Shown: positions 37,327 to 52,098, counted from the stretch's first letter. The stretch: DNA of 64,000 bases from Psammoneis japonica (GCA_008632985.1 QPGO01000218.1:1-64000), one strand, 5' to 3'. Translations and numbers: made by a program. The notes: generated by a model from the sequence alone, not told the origin.

Positions 37327-40300
37327 GCACTGGTTTCTCTTCGCTTTGTTTTTGTTGTGTCTGTGCTTTATTTGATCGATCGTGTGGGTGGAAATCTTCA
37401 CACGACCTGGGCGCCACTGAACATACCGTTTTTCTTCCGAATTGTATAAAAGTAAATTCAATCATTGTTAGTACTTCGTGTACGTGGGTTTCCACGGGTT
37501 ACGGTAGTCATACAGACCAGAACTAACTTACTGTTCGTTCGTTCGTGCATGTCATGTCATTCCACCTCAACCACACAGGACCACACCGCCCGGCAGTGGC
37601 ACTGAATGTGCACTCGAGTGTGTTCCTCTGTTGGCAGCTCTAGAGAGTAGAGACACAGTCTAGCACTGCCATGTTTAGTGCACTGCCTGCTGGTGCTCTC
37701 CCTCCTCTAAGAGAGAGTCTCTCTGTGCTGCAGAGCAAAGCTCAAAACTTCTTTTTTGCACACACACACACACACACACACGCACCAGACAATGCCACAC
37801 ACAAAAGGCAGGGGGGGGGCAGCCAGCCAAGCCTCTGGAGGACTCTCCACTCTTGTGGTGGCAAAAGGGACCTTGCCTTTGACTTGACATTGCCTGAACA
37901 CTGCACCAGTGAAGGCAAACGCACACTTTTCTCATGCTGGTGCGGCAGAGTCTGTGCTCTGTGTGTGTTGTTGGCTGCCAAGATGAGCTGTCAGAGCAGA
38001 AAAGTGACTTCTGCCTCTCTTGGCTGGAGCTCAGAACCAACGTTGACTGTGCCAATCTTTTGAAAAAAAAAATGGATGTGGGGTGCTCTTCTCTGTGATT
38101 TTTCATTGACACACGGAGCTGAGCACCGCTGTCACCCCCATGGTTTGCTCTCACTCACTCACACTTGCAGTCACAAGAGCTTGACTGCATGCTCATGACC
38201 ACCCAAAGCTGCTTTTTTCACTGGCATCCAACCATTTTTGTCCTTGAAACTTGCAACATGTTTTCTTGTCTTTTTGGATGAATTTTTGCAGATTCTCCAA
38301 GTCTTCTTTTTTCTCTTTTTGTTGTGTGGAGGGATGACAGGGTGTCAGCAAAGCCCATGTCATGAGTGCCTCAGGCTTGGACCAGCTGTGATCAAGTTGT
38401 GGCTGGAGAGCAGAAGACAAATGCAACAAGAGCGAGAAAAACATGAGACTGCAATGTGACCTCCATTTTTCTGGTTGCATGACAGCACACTCTTTGTCTG
38501 GCATGACGAAAGTTTCTCCAACATGTCTTTTCAGCTGAGCTTTTTCAACAACAAAGGAAGGAAGAAAGGGCATTGTTGGTCAACCTCATGTTTGCTGGCC
38601 CTGCGGCCACTTTGTTGCTTCTTCATGCTTCACATGCACACAATTGTCAGCATCTTTCAACTTGGAGTTGCAACACAAAGAGCAACTCTTTGGCTTGAAA
38701 TGCACAAAGACATCAGCCATGGGCTGTCCTTTGAGAGGGGGTGGATGACCCATGGCAAAAGAACAAACACTCAAGTCAGAAGGTGGAACGAAAATTTGGA
38801 ATTGCTCGCTGCTGCTGGGGGGTTTTGAATGAACAGGACACCAGCTGTGATGACAAGACTTTTGTTGACTCACCATGGATCACACTGTGCACACATGTGA
38901 GATTTGCACAGGAGCATCAGCAGGCTGCTGACCCACCCTGAGAGCTGGGCTGTGCACTTTGCCACCATGTGGCCACAAACTTCAAGAGGCCAGGGACTCA
39001 TCAAGATCCTTGGCAACATTGATGATGGTGGCACTGCTCACAGCAAGGGGGGTGATCATCTGCATGTGGAGCAAGAGTTGCTCCCTTGCACCCAGATTTT
39101 TCAAGGAGAGCACTCTGTCAGCTCTTGGTGCCTGTCCATTTTTGGGTTGTCTCTCTCTTGCTGCATCCACCACCACCACCTGGCAGTCCATGGTGTCCTG
39201 TGCTTTGCCATGTCCCCAATTCTCAACCTGTGCCTTGTTGTGTTTTTCATCTCAAATTTTCTTGGTGAGCTGAAGCACACTGTCAGAAGCCTTTGTCTTC
39301 TTGTGCCTGACAGCTGTGCAGTTTTGCATTGAAGCTGGCTGTTGCAAGGACATGGCAATGTGGTTGCACTCACTCCTCACACAGCAAATCTTTCCAAAAT
39401 TGCCCAAACAGCCCTTGATCATGTGACATCATCACAAAACTTTTGGCCATTTTCCAAGGGCCACACCACCTGTTGTCATTGGTGCTGTTGACTTGAGGCA
39501 CATTCATTGCAGGGTCTGCACTGTGTGGCAAAAAATGCAGTTGTTGCTGACCTGCTTTGCAAGTGGTGAATTGGACAAGACTCATCAACCCCAGAGTTGA
39601 CAGGTGTGCTTTTCTCTCTGTGGAAATCAGGCTCTGCCCCAGCTTTCAAGTTTCTGTCTTTTATGGCAAAACCAGTCAACACAACAACTTGTGTCTCTGT
39701 CAACATGCTCTAACCCAGCTTTTGCATCTTCCTTTTTCCATCAAACCAAAAAAGTGATGCAGTTCCCAGACAAAGCAAAAGAGTGAAACAAACAGCATTG
39801 TGTCCACAAGGTGTCATGATGGTGGGAAACAGGACCAGTCACAGTCAAGACCTTTTGTTTTTGCATTGTGTGGCAAGATCATTCTTTCATTCCTGCTTCC
39901 TGCAGCTGGCAGCACAGCAGCTGGCTCCAATGATGGCTGTGCTTCAGATTTTTCTCAATGGCTTTCTGCAAAAATGCATGAATTTGCACACACACATGGT
40001 GTTGATCCAACACACACTGATTTGATTCCAAAGTGATGCATGTGTTGGAGTTTTGGGCAGACTGGCATGATGCCTGTGCCCAGGCAATTTTCAGGTTGCA
40101 GCCAGCCCTGATGTCAAAATGACATGCAGATGTTCACACAAAACTCAACAACAATGACAAGGAAGGGTTCAGTGCCCTTTTTTGTTGTTTGAGCCTTGTG
40201 CACTGTGGTTGCAAGGCTTTCCTTGAGTGAGAAGGGGCACATCATGTGACAAGCAGGTGTGCTGACTGGGCTCCTTTCAAATGAACCCAGGCTGCAAACA

Positions 40301-43079
40301 AACACTCATGTGATGTCAGTTAGAGTCAACAGTCACAGCATCAAACTTTTGCACTCTCAGCTTGGTGCATGTGGGTGTGAGAACAAAAAAATGATTGCTT
40401 GCAACAGCACAAAGTTGCTGTGGTTTGGCAGATGTTTTGCATGTGTGATTTTTGCCAGCCACAACCACACATTTCTTTGTTGTTTCTGCAGCACAAATGG
40501 TGTCTGTTTGTTCCAGTGCTGAATGGCAGCTCTGGTGGCAGCAATGATGTTGTCATGGGTCATCAAGGGCACTGTGTTCAGTGCTGCTGAACAAAAAGAT
40601 GACATTCACTTGTTCCTTCTCTCTGGCACAGTCACCTTCAAAGGCACCCGATGCACATTGGCCACACTGGGTCAGCTGTTTTTGACAGCATGACATGGGC
40701 TGGTGTGCTCATGATCTTTTTTGTCACGAGGATTCTTCCAATTGAAATGATGACAATGAGCAAAAGATGCGGAGGCATTGCTTTCATCAACCGCATGCTG
40801 CAGATTGCACATGGTCCCCCCCCCATCCAGTCAATCCAGAGTGCACAGGCACTGATCATTTGAAAAATTCAACTGTGGCTTTGAGCACACAGCAGCTCTG
40901 GCTGAGGATGATGCCAACACTCTGGAGACTTGTCAAGTGGTGTGGTTGCCACTGCCAACACAAGAAACAATGATGGTGGGCCACCTTGTCACATCTGCTC
41001 AATTCTTGCATGCACACCAACCATGCTGACAGAAATGCATCATCCTGGAGCAAAATGGTGCCAGCCTTGCATGCAGATTGAGGCTGCTTTGAAAACAGAG
41101 GAGGTCCTCAGCAAGACTCACAGCTGCTTGCAGCTTCTGCTGGTGCAGCTGCCTTTCTCATCACTTCACATGTGCAAGCACTGTGGTGGCTTGTTGCACC
41201 TTCTGTGTCTTGGTGCCACCATGCTTGCAGACATTGAGCCAAAAGGGCATCACAGACAATGATGGTGGCTGCTGCTGCTGTTCTGTTTCTGGGGATGAGC
41301 AGTCATGGTCACCAAGGTCAGGGCACCTGCACTCTTTTCTCAAGTGGTGCGTTGCTCAACAGCTGTGCAACAAAAATGATTGTCCCACTTGTTGTGCCAA
41401 GTTTTTTGTGTGGATGACATCAAATGAGGAGCACCCAAGCAGCAATGCTGCACTCCATTATGAACACAAGATTGCCGCCATTGTTTTTCTGGAAAAGTCA
41501 CTCTGTGCAGCACAGCTGCTGCCTCTGCATGTGAAATGATTCCAGGCCAAGCCCAAAGAACTGCACATCACCTGCATTTGCACAGCCTTGTTTCCTTGTC
41601 ATTTGTTTGCAATGCTTTGTGCTGCCAGCCACTGCAGTTCTTCAACCTTGGTGTGCAGCCACACAGCACCAGGACACTGCTGGGCTTCCTCCATGTGTGG
41701 CAGGCATCACTGCTGCAGCCACTGATGATGCCACTTTTCCTGCACATCTGCAGGCTGTTTGCAGTGATGCTGCTGATCCCACAGAAGCATGCATTGGAAA
41801 ACACAACTCCTCCTGGTGTGAGACCCACAATGGGCTGCAGGAGCTCCACATGACCACAACCAGTGCAACTGGCCATCATGCAAGTGACTTGCCTTGCATG
41901 AAGGGGCTGTGCAGGATCCATGCAGCACTGAGCATGACTGATTCCATGCAAGCACTCAATCTGCATGCCCTGCTGTGCTCTCATGTGTGAACACCACACA
42001 CCACCAACACCACACTTGTGCAGCAAATGCTTTCCAGCCTTGCAATCTCTTGGTGGCTTGGCACCATGACATTGTTTTGTTGGTGTGTTGACACACTTGA
42101 TGGCCTTGCCAAATGGTGGCCAAGCACTCTTGTGTTCCTTGCAGAACAACCTGCGTGCATCTTTTTTTCAAAGCTGTGTGCAACCAGAGACATCTTGTTT
42201 TGTGGAAGACTCAGGTCCAGCGATGATGCTGTCACAACTGCTCAGTGTGGTCAAAGCATTTCTGCTTTCATCCGTGCAGTCAGCAAAGATGGTGATTGCA
42301 CTGCAATCTGAAATGATCAGTTCAAGCATGCCAGATTTCAGATGCCCCACCACATGCATCATGCTGAGCTGGTGTTTGCTCCACAAAAGCACACAATGTG
42401 ACATTTTCAATTTGTTGCTTGCACTTAACATTTTCAAACATGAACACAAATGTGTGAGAGAAAATGGATGTTGTGTGCTGTGGTTGCAGCACTGCAGTCA
42501 TGGCGCCAGTGCAAACAAGACAAAAGGTCTCAAAAATCATGTGTTCAGCATTGCACAGTCATGTGTTGTTTTTCTGGCAAGCACCAACAACACCCTGACC
42601 ACCAAACCCCTGAGTTCACAAAACTCAAAACTCCCTCCACTCCACCCCCTGGCCCACCATGGAGTGCAGCTTCTTTCTGGCGTCTCTCTTGCTCTCTCCC
42701 ATGCTGCTTTCAACTGTCTCTCTCCTCCTGCAACAACCCTCACTTTCACCTTTGTCTGCGCACTCTCTTCCAGCACTTTGCCTCTGCCCTTGCCTCCAAC
42801 TCACCATCCTCCTCCCCACCTGTCTGCTCTTGTCAAGTCAATGATGCTGTCTGGCCCAGCTTGCCCTCTCTGCCAGACTTGCAGTCAACAACGCATCATT
42901 GCCACTGCCCTTGCTGATGCTCCTTCTGACATTCACTCAAGCTGCTCTTCCCTCCCTCCCATCTTCTCTTGCCAGTGTCCTGCTCCACTCCTTTTCCGGC
43001 AGCTTTGCCATCACCTGCCTTGCCTCTGACAAATGCACCACAGCAGCTCAGTGCAAGCTGCACCTTCCCATCCTCCCTC

Positions 43080-43410
43080 CCCACATGCCTCATCAATGCT
43101 CTGTGCCCCAGTGGTTCACCACCCTTGATGCCTTTGGGGACCATGCCTTTGCCTGCAAAGGAGGTGATCCAAGTTGTCCTCCAAAGGTGATCATGATGCT
43201 GTCTTCATGAGATCATGTCACACAAACTCCAGGGGTGCCTCTTGCAAAATCACGTCACTCACCCAATGACATCCACCTTGAGCCTGCACACCTTCTCCTG
43301 AATCACCCTCTTCTCCACCCAGCCGATGTTGACATTGGCACCCCTCCTCTCACTTCCCTTGCCACCCCCTCCCACCATCATTGCATTGCTGGTGATGTCG
43401 GCCCATCCCC
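43080..43410 (+). mobile_element. Remnant of a restriction-like endonuclease domain of a CRE/NeSL-type non-LTR retrotransposon
   Basis: LDAFGDHAFACK followed by HLEPAHLL..LLHPADV (compare RPAD) and IAGDV. Confidence 0.55.
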
Positions 43411-43422
43411 AAAGCCCCCCCC

Positions 43423-43437
43423 NNNNNNNNNNNNNNN
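43423..43437. other. Assembly gap (15 N)
   Basis: Run of N after a poly-C tract. Confidence 0.99.
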
Positions 43438-44554
43438 CCTGGTCTGCCTGCCCCTTCTTCTCTGGTCTTAACTGGGGCACACCATGCAAGTGCAAGGTCA
43501 AAGTTTCTTGGCCCCTCCTCTGCTTCCTCCACTGATGGCTCCCTTGCTGTTCAGTCTCTCAATTGTGGTGCATCAGAGGTGGGCTCCATGTGGGTTTTGC
43601 ATTGGTCCATTGTGTTTCTGTTCCTTGAATGTGGGGTGACCCTCATTCAATGCAACAAACCTGCACTGTTTCCACACCAGCACCCTGCATGACTCCAGCA
43701 GGGCCTGCATGACTCATGCAACATGGTCAAATTTAATTGAAACTTCCTGGATTTAATTTGTCTTTTGCACGAAACAGACACGGCATTTTTCCAATTTCTC
43801 CAGGGGGCATTGTCCCCACACATTCTCTGCATGGATGCCCCACTCACATTCACCTGCTCTTTTTAGGCAATGCTGTTTTTTTGTGCCATTTGCCACCTCT
43901 TTTTTTTCCTGCAGTGATGCCATTTTCCAATGACTGCAAAAATTTCAACCTGCAGCTCTAATTGTGTGTTAATGTCCCATCCAACACACAAGTTTGTTTG
44001 CTCAAAAATTTTGTTTTGTTCAGTTAAATTGCCAAAATGAAATTCTGTTCACCGCAAATTCACTTTTTTGGAATCAGCATCACTTCATTTGGTGACAGGA
44101 ACAACACATCTCCACCCACTTGCCACACCATGGGTCACTGTTCCTTCCACTCCAGCAATTCAAAGGCAAAAAGGGGTTGCTGCCACTCTTGTCTGTTGAA
44201 GAAGCAGCATCTGAATGCAGCCAAAAGTGGGGAAGGGAAGTTGCTGGGTCAAGAACTGTCTTCACCAGTTCATGGTTTTGTGGTGCTGCATCATGGGGAT
44301 GGCATCAGAGACATCTGTCATGCTGCCAAGGGTTCTCAATCCCATGGCCCCTGTGTTTGTGGGGGGCACACCAGTCAGTTGTTTTGTGCTGTTTGATGGC
44401 TTTTCCAATGTTGCTGCCAGGGTTATCCCATGCCCCCCATTTTCCAAAGGGCATGCAGTGATGTCCATGGGGACGCTCCCTGCAATGATTTTGTCAGCAT
44501 GCGCCCCCAGCTCCCTCATCACTTTGGTGGCACCATGCCCCACTTTGCGGCCTT

Positions 44555-45877
44555 TTGCAAGTGGCGCAGCTTTTGAAGGACACCCCATTCTTGGCATGGA
44601 CAATGGTTCACATTCGCTGCCATGGGGCCAATGCCATCGCTCCAGATTGGGGTGTTTTGAACGAGATTCTCCACACCCAGCAGGCTCTGATGCAACTGTC
44701 GGATACAGCAGATCTCGCTCTACCTCCTGTGCGTTGGGTAAAAGGACACCAAGACAGGCAATCTCCCGTTCACTCATTGCTGTTAAATGCTAGAGTCAAC
44801 ATCTGAGCGGACAAATTGGCAGGGGCTTGCCAAGGACATTGCCTGCACGACACGAATCAGGTCAAGCACCCACCACATTGCCACTCGCATTTGGAGATCG
44901 ACGGAGGTGCCATCACGACGAATTACAAGAAACAGATTCGGCACGCAGCTGCTGCTCCTGAATTGATGGAATGTGTTGTCGAACGAAACAAATGGGATCC
45001 TTCAGTGGTCGACCTGGTCGATTGGAACGCTCACGCGGTTCTGGTGAAACGTCATTCGCAACAGCACGTTAACACAGTCAAACTGGTCCATGACTTGCTG
45101 CCGACCAACAAGATTGCAAATTGATGCAATCCAGTTCGACCGCACCAATGCATTGCATGTGAGCATCCGATGGAGGACAGGGACCACATGCTTCGGTGTC
45201 CAAATGACGAACAGTGGAGAAGGAAGTTCCTGCAGGGTCTCCGACGTTGCTGCAACAAGATCGACACCATGCCCACTCTCCGTGACTTCCTGCTGGACAT
45301 GCTTCAAGCCTGGTTTAATGAAGAACTGACGTGTCTTGACAACGTGGACTGCCGATGCAAGGAACTGTGGCGAGCTCAATCGGACATTGGATGGAGACAG
45401 GTTTTCAACGGCAGACACTCGCACATGTGGAATCTTTTACAATCCGGACACCTGCCCGATTCTGGCATCTTGCGACAACGTCAGGAAGAACACAAACAGC
45501 CACCGGATTGGATGGTTCAGATGGGGTCTTTCACATGGAGAAACTGGTGGGAACTTTGGGAGGAGCACAACAAGTTAGTTCATGGACACGATGTTGATTC
45601 TTGGAAATCATCTCAACGGAGAAACGCAGAAGCCGAGCTGACGGCGACACACAACAAACGACAAGAATGCCTGGCGAAGGACAGAGGTGTGTCATTGGAT
45701 TCAGTTGAAGAACACCTGTCATTTTCGACAACGAGGATCCAAAACTGGATCTCTGTGGTCCGTCCAAGACTTAAAGACAGCCTGAAAGAAGCCAAACGAC
45801 TGGCAAAAAGCGGCACTTGCGCCATTTGCAGCTGTCTCCGTCGGGCGCCCTCTAATGGGGGCGCCGAAACCGGCTAA
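44555..45877 (+). mobile_element. 3' part of a non-LTR retrotransposon ORF (RNase H end plus C-terminal Zn-knuckle region), interrupted by two TGA stops
   Basis: A single frame runs across ORFs 44555, 44816 and 45170: WVKGHQD...NI*ADKLA, VDW, KLVHDLLPT, CIAC..EDRDHMLRCP, QSDIGWRQVFNGR, LWEEHNKLVHG. Confidence 0.8.
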
Positions 45878-48019
45878 TTGCACTGTGTTTCTGCCGCATC
45901 CTCTGTGGGGTGCACTGGAAGTGTGGGCTGGCCGGCGCCGGTGTTGCTGGGCAAAGGTGCAATGGCACTTAAAATTGGGGTTTGTTTTTTTTGGCATGGA
46001 CAATGGTTGTGACACATCATCCCGTGGTTTTGGAGACAGTGTCAATGTCAGATTTTTTGTTTCCATGGACTGTTTGACAGGCTCTGCTGCAGTTCATCCT
46101 GTGTCTCCCCTCCTTGTTGGTGACAAATCCAGTCTGTTCACCCCAGGTTTCCCCTGTGTCTTTGCCTCCTGCTGCTTCAGCACCTGAAGTGTCATCATCA
46201 CTCCAGACCCCTTGCAATCCTGTCACTGTCCAAGCATTGATTGGCATTCCCACAATGGTTGCAACACAAACAATCAAGTGTGGTGCACCACAGCTCAGAA
46301 CTTCCCAACAGTGCCATGCGATTTCCTCTTGCAGGCACTTGGCAGTTGCTTGCTGTCCCATGGTTGGTTCCCAGGTGCACAAAGAGCCCAAACCAAGAAG
46401 TGAGCTGGAAGAGCATTGTCACACTTTGCAAGCTGGGGCAGGCCAGCTGCGTGCATTGGATCCACATCACTTGCACTCACTTTGTTCTGCCTGATCTTGA
46501 CAGGGGTCAGGCATCCATTCATGTTGGCCGGAAACATTGTCATTGCATGATGGTGCACTTGGACATGCGCAGAGCTGTTGTCCAATTTTGTTGCAACGGC
46601 AACATGAAATTTGATTTCTGTCTTCCAAACCAGAGTCACTGCAATGACAGCCTTCACATTGCCAATGAGGGCCACCCTGTCCTTGATTGACTGGGTTTTA
46701 AGGCCATGTCCAAGAAAGCCAGCAAAACTCCCACTGCTTGTTCTTCCTTTGTTGGCACTCTTCAGCAGTTGCTGGGCATGTGCAAGGACCATGACGGCAC
46801 TTCTGGTCAATGCATGGATGGGGAGGAAGAATTCCTGCAATGGTGTGTTCACTGGCCATGTCCACCCTGTGGACAATCCTGTTGTGCATTCTGCATTTGT
46901 TGGAGTTTCCAACTGCACCAAGCAAGATCAAGATGGTCCTTGGTTTTCCCCGGGAGAAGTTTTGTTTTTAACCACAATGGCCCATCTGACATCAATGCCA
47001 AGAAAGGCAATGAAATGACTGCTGGCTGTTGTGTCCCTTTGCTGCACATGGCCAACACCAACCTCAACCCTTGGCAATGCCAGGGTGCCTCAATGGACAG
47101 CTGTGATGGGATCGGAGAATGAGTCAATGAACTGATGTGGTGTTGCGGGGGGAGATTCAAGTCAAGACTTACATTTGCAGGGTGATCCAAACAACAAGCC
47201 ACCCCAACAAGAGGTTGATTTAAGTGGCTGCACACTGTTCTTGACAAGGAAAGGATCAGTGCTGTGAGAAGCAATCTCAAGCAAGAAAGAGCAATGGCCA
47301 GGCTGGAAAATGTTGCTCAGGGAACAATCTGAGATGTCATTGTGCAGCAGCTTTTTTCATTGCACAAAAGTGGACACCAAAGCACGTTGTGAAATGTCAT
47401 CACTTTTGCAAACACAGTGCATTCTTTTTGGTGGGGACCACCACAAAAACTTTGTGGTGAGGGGAGAGGGCAGGCAGATGGCTCAAATGGTTGGAGCACA
47501 TGGACTGCATGCATGACAGACATGCATCACCATCATGTGATCCTTTGAACCTGCAAAATGTTCAGATGCATTCAACCAATCAGAGCTTGTTCCAGAAATT
47601 TGAACAAATGGTGCAGATGCAGGAATGTGTGGGAACACGTGCATGTGCAGGCAGGCACATCAGCACAACATTGTTGAGCCTGGCACTTGATGATTTGCAA
47701 TGCCCCCCCATGAACAAATGTCACTTTTTCACAAAAGAGTCAAAATGCACACTCCACCATGCCATCTCTGATGGCAGTGAATGCCCTGCACCAAAGCCCG
47801 CAGTTGCATGAGGAGAGAGACAACTGGGCAAGATGAGGAGTGATTTCAACAGACTTGCCAAAGTTGTGGCTCATTGTTGTTGCAGGTGCAGGGACAAGAA
47901 GTGTTGGCTCAGACACAGAACAATGCTCCAGCAACAACCATGACACAACAAGGCAGTTGATTGGTTGTCATGGGTGGGACTCTCACCATCATGTCCTGCG
48001 TGGGCCTGGAAGATGACAT

Positions 48020-48820
48020 CACAAGTGAGAAAAGAAAGAAGAAGCAACACAGCAACAAAATGAATGACAGGGACAAGATCATTTTGGAGAACTGCTGCAA
48101 CAACACCTTGTTTAGACAGCACAAGTTTCTAAATGACAAAGTCCTCAACAACAGGAATGGCAGGGTTGCAAAGATGGTGCTCCTGTCCAAAATCAATGTG
48201 CCCCAAGAAATCAGAGCATGATTTTGGGAAATGTTGAAGGTCGAGGCACAAAGGCAGATGACAACAAAGAGGGACAACACCAGCAGGGAACCAAAGAAAG
48301 AGTTCTTTCATGAGTGCTGCATCAAAATGGAGTTTGCAACACATGGGGTGCTGGAAGACTGCTGACACACATTGCTTGGTGTTTTGCGAGTGCACAGGGC
48401 ACATGGATCACAAGAAGAGAAACACACAAGCAGAAAACAATGCCAAGATGCCATCTCTGGATGAGATGCTAAAGAGGAGAGACAACATAAAAGCCCACAG
48501 CTGTTTCACCCTGCACTTCCTGTCAGTGGCGGTGAGAAAAACAAAGTGGAAGAATCAGCTCAAATCAAGATGTTGCTTGAGCAGGTTGCCATCTGCGAGC
48601 GATGCGGCATTCAGCCTGCTGGTTTTGGAGAAAAAGAGGAACAAGTGTGGACACACGTGCATGGCAAAACAAAGGAAGAGTTGAAAGAGGCTAAAAAGGA
48701 GGGGCTCATTTCAGAGGCAAAACACAGCAATGGGAACGGTGGTCAAGCAAAAAGGAATCAGGGATGGAACAAGGACAGGTGTGCAAAGAATTGGGAAAAA
48801 AGATTCATGAGCAGAGATTG
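48020..48820 (+). pseudogene. Degenerate repeat-associated ORF
   Basis: LFRQHKFL..FW, FLSVAV..KW..SASDAAFSLLVLE..W, QGWN resemble a motif I recall from diatom repeat-borne ORFs (SDEAFxLLxLEN). It is broken by stops and frameshifts. Confidence 0.4.
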
Positions 48821-49847
48821 AGCAAGGACACAGATGAGTGTGACGAAGTTCAGAGTCAAAGGAGCTCCAGGAGTGCATGAATGGGGTGGAAGAGACTCAA
48901 GAAAACAATGGCAATCAGTTGCAAACGGGCAACAAAATGATGACAATGTCATCAAAAACATGGATTTTTGGTTCCTGGAGACACAGCAACAGGCAGCTCT
49001 TTTCAGTTGACATTTGGCAACCATTTGCAAAAATGAAAACAGACAGAATTGACAACAGACAGACAGACCAGGTGGATTAAAAAGGAAACAAACAAACCAA
49101 AGATGCGCTGATGGAGGGCACATGAAAAATGCAACAGCACCAGAATTGTTCATGCAGTGGGACAAAATGGGGGCAAGTCGTTGACCTTCATTGTGGGTGC
49201 AGCAGCACCCAAATTGTCAATGAAGCACACCAAATGCAATGAGCTCAGAACCTGCTGCATGGAAAATTTAAGATGGACCCACATCGCTCAATTGCCCCCC
49301 CCCCCCAGTTAAATTGCTCCCACGATGCGGGTTTGCCCCCTTTCCTTTGCCATCGAACACCACTTGGGCGGTGGCCTCGTTTTCTTTTTTCATCATTTTT
49401 TCTTCAGCCCTTCTTTTCCCACTTTCTGGAACATTCGCCTTCCAACACTTGCATCATGCCGTCTGCCCCAGTGCTCCCCTCCGCTGACTAACTTTTTGAT
49501 TTACGCCAAATCACTGCTGACCACTTCGGCAGCACTCATCACTCTTCACTCTTCTCCCCCCTCCCAATGGGCCACACAGACCCTTGGCCACAACATTGTT
49601 CACCATTTCACTGCTCACACTCTCCTTTTTCTCTCCACTGTAGAGGGCCCTGCCCTGGTGCATCAGACTCTTCTTCCCAGATGATGATTCCGTCGTTGAA
49701 ACGCCATGCGCGCTGTCTCGCGCGTCCTTCCTTTGTCCCCGCTCCCGCCAAAAACTCAAAACGAAAACGGGCATGGGCCGGCTGACACCTGCATATCGTT
49801 TGACCACAACACAGATAGAAGTGAATCCGACAAGGGATAAAATAGAC

Positions 49848-52098
49848 ATGCAAGATAACCTTGTCAGCGATGGGGCGAAGGATCTTGAGCAGCCGGTGCA
49901 CGACCAGCTTCCTTCTCCTGCTGAGGTTAATCATCGGTCTAGTCGACGTCTGGATGAAACGAAGCTTTTTGACACGATGGTTGCTCCGCCCATGAATTTC
50001 GGACAGAACGACGAAGCCTATCAGCTTCCTTCTGTGGAGGATCTCAAGACTTCATCACGGAGTAGTGGCATGAACCAGCCCGAGCAGTCAAATCCCTCCC
50101 GCAGGAAATTGATTTGGGTAGGATCGATTTGCGTGGTGTTGCTAGTTGTCGCGGTGGTTGGAGTGGCAGTGGGCTTGTCCCAAAACAGACAGGATGACAG
50201 TTCCTCGACTTCTGCTGGAAATGAAGCCGAAGGCACACATGGATCCCGTCTCGAGACAATCGTTGGTTTTCTTGTCGGTGAGGGAATTTCCGAGTCTACT
50301 GCATTGAAAACCCCAGGCTCGCCCCAACAACTTGGGGCCAACTTTGTTGCCAATTCAGATCCCGTGACCTACCCCGTACCGGAATCGATCTCATCCTCGT
50401 ATGCTCATCGGTTCATTCAGCGATATGTTTTGACTGTTTTCTTCTACGCCTTGAATGGAGATCAATGGAGGAACCATTTACACTTTGCATCAAATACGAA
50501 TGAATGTCTGTGGTATGCTGTCGCTTATTCAAGTGATGGAGGCATTTATCGCCTCGGTGTTGAGTGCAATGATGCTTCTCAAGTCATAGCTTTACGCGTT
50601 TGTGAGTATGCTGATTCAGTTCATGTACTCTCTGGGATGTACGCTCATGTCTCCGTTTTGTTCTAGCGCAGCCGGAAACAACTTGGAGGGGGGCATCCCT
50701 GAAGAAATCGGGTTCTTATCGGAGCTACAGGTGTTATCCCTTCACTTCAACCGTATCAGTCGGATTCCTGAATCTATGAGACAGTTGAGGAGTCTCCAAT
50801 GGTTAGCTGTCCACTACAACCAATTGGAAGGTCCAATACCCGATTGGTTGAGTGAGCTTAGTAGCTTGCATACTCTCGTCTTGAGTAACAACGATTTTTC
50901 TGGCCCCATTCCGCCGTCCTTTGCGACACTAACAGACATGGACACATTGGGCCTGGACGACAACAAGTTAACGGGGGACCTGTCGGTCATTTCGGCCATG
51001 ACCAACATGAGGAGACTTTACTTGGAAGACAATCAATTCACAGGAACCATTGATGATGAGTTTCTGGTGGAGATGCCAGGCCTTGAAGAATTAGATTTGA
51101 GTGATAATCTTTTCCAAGGTACCGTGCCGCCACATCTTTTGCAACTCGAAAAGTTGCGGGCTTTAGATCTTCACGACAATGAGTTGGACGGGTCTCTTCC
51201 AAAGAACATTCCAGTGAATAATGCCTTGACCGTGTTGGCACTTCATGGCAACAACATTACAGACTCCATCCCCGAATCAATTCAAAACCTTCAGGGGCTG
51301 GCTCGACTTGATTTGTCGAGTAACCGGTTCAAGGGTGACATTGTTCCTGCGCTCGCTAACATGACGGCGTTGACGTACCTTTTTCTCGCCGATAATGACT
51401 TTGAAGCGAGTCCTATTCCAGATTTCTTGCAGAACTTGGTGAAGCTGGAGGAGCTGTCGCTCAAAAGTACGCAGCGCACTGGCCCTATTCCGGACTGGAT
51501 GGAAATATTTTCTGGTTTGGTTCTTTTGGACCTCGACGACAATGGTCTGAGTGTAAGTGCGACGCATGCGTCTTCGTTATGTTGTTTGTTCGGTGTTCTT
51601 ACCTATTTGCGACCGTAGGGCTCGGTGAACTCGAAACTAGGGGACTTATCAAAGCTAAGGTTCCTGCTACTGAATCGCAATCAACTTGACGGTACTCTTC
51701 CTGAAGAGCTTCAAGACTTGTCGAATCTTGGTAAGACGTGGGGTTGTGACTGACGGGTGACAACGTACAACTGCCAGTTGCTCTGTTTGTCTCACAAATA
51801 CGGCACGCCTCTTTGTGTCGCACCGACAGACATGTTGCTCCTTCAGGATAATCGTCTCACTGGCACGACGAGTAAGTTGGGATGCGATTCTTTGTTTAAT
51901 ATCTCGGTGTTTGTAACGGATTGCAACGTGACTTGCGAATGCTGCTCCTTGTGTTGTGGCGATATTGAAGATTGCGAGGACAAGAAGTTTCTCGTTCCAG
52001 CAAATAACGATCCGATCTGGGAAAGGGACTACAACCGGGAATTTTTTGCCTTTGGGCAAGAAACGACGTTTGACGAAGAGGGCCTCGTTCCACCATGA
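49848..52098 (+). CDS. Single-pass membrane leucine-rich-repeat protein (diatom LRR family), 4 exons
   Basis: TM helix IWVGSICVVLLVVAVVGVAVGL, cap QRYVLTVFFYALNGDQW..ECLW..GVEC, many LxxLxLxxNxLxGxIP repeats, end DC..CECCSLC. Introns at about 50603-50667, 51553-51618 and 51731-51829. Alternative ATG at 49773. Confidence 0.88.

Larger units (their letters stand above)
37700..49480. other. Repeat/transposon-derived block 2, TpA-depleted
   Basis: Same dinucleotide signature as block 1. Contains LINE remnants and an assembly gap. Edges approximate. Confidence 0.85.

Noticed and set aside
37759..37780. (CA)n microsatellite, also (CA)n at about 53077-53100 and (GTT)n at about 24102-24119
   Set aside because: Ordinary simple repeats. 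The first could derive from (TA)n, but this cannot be tested here.
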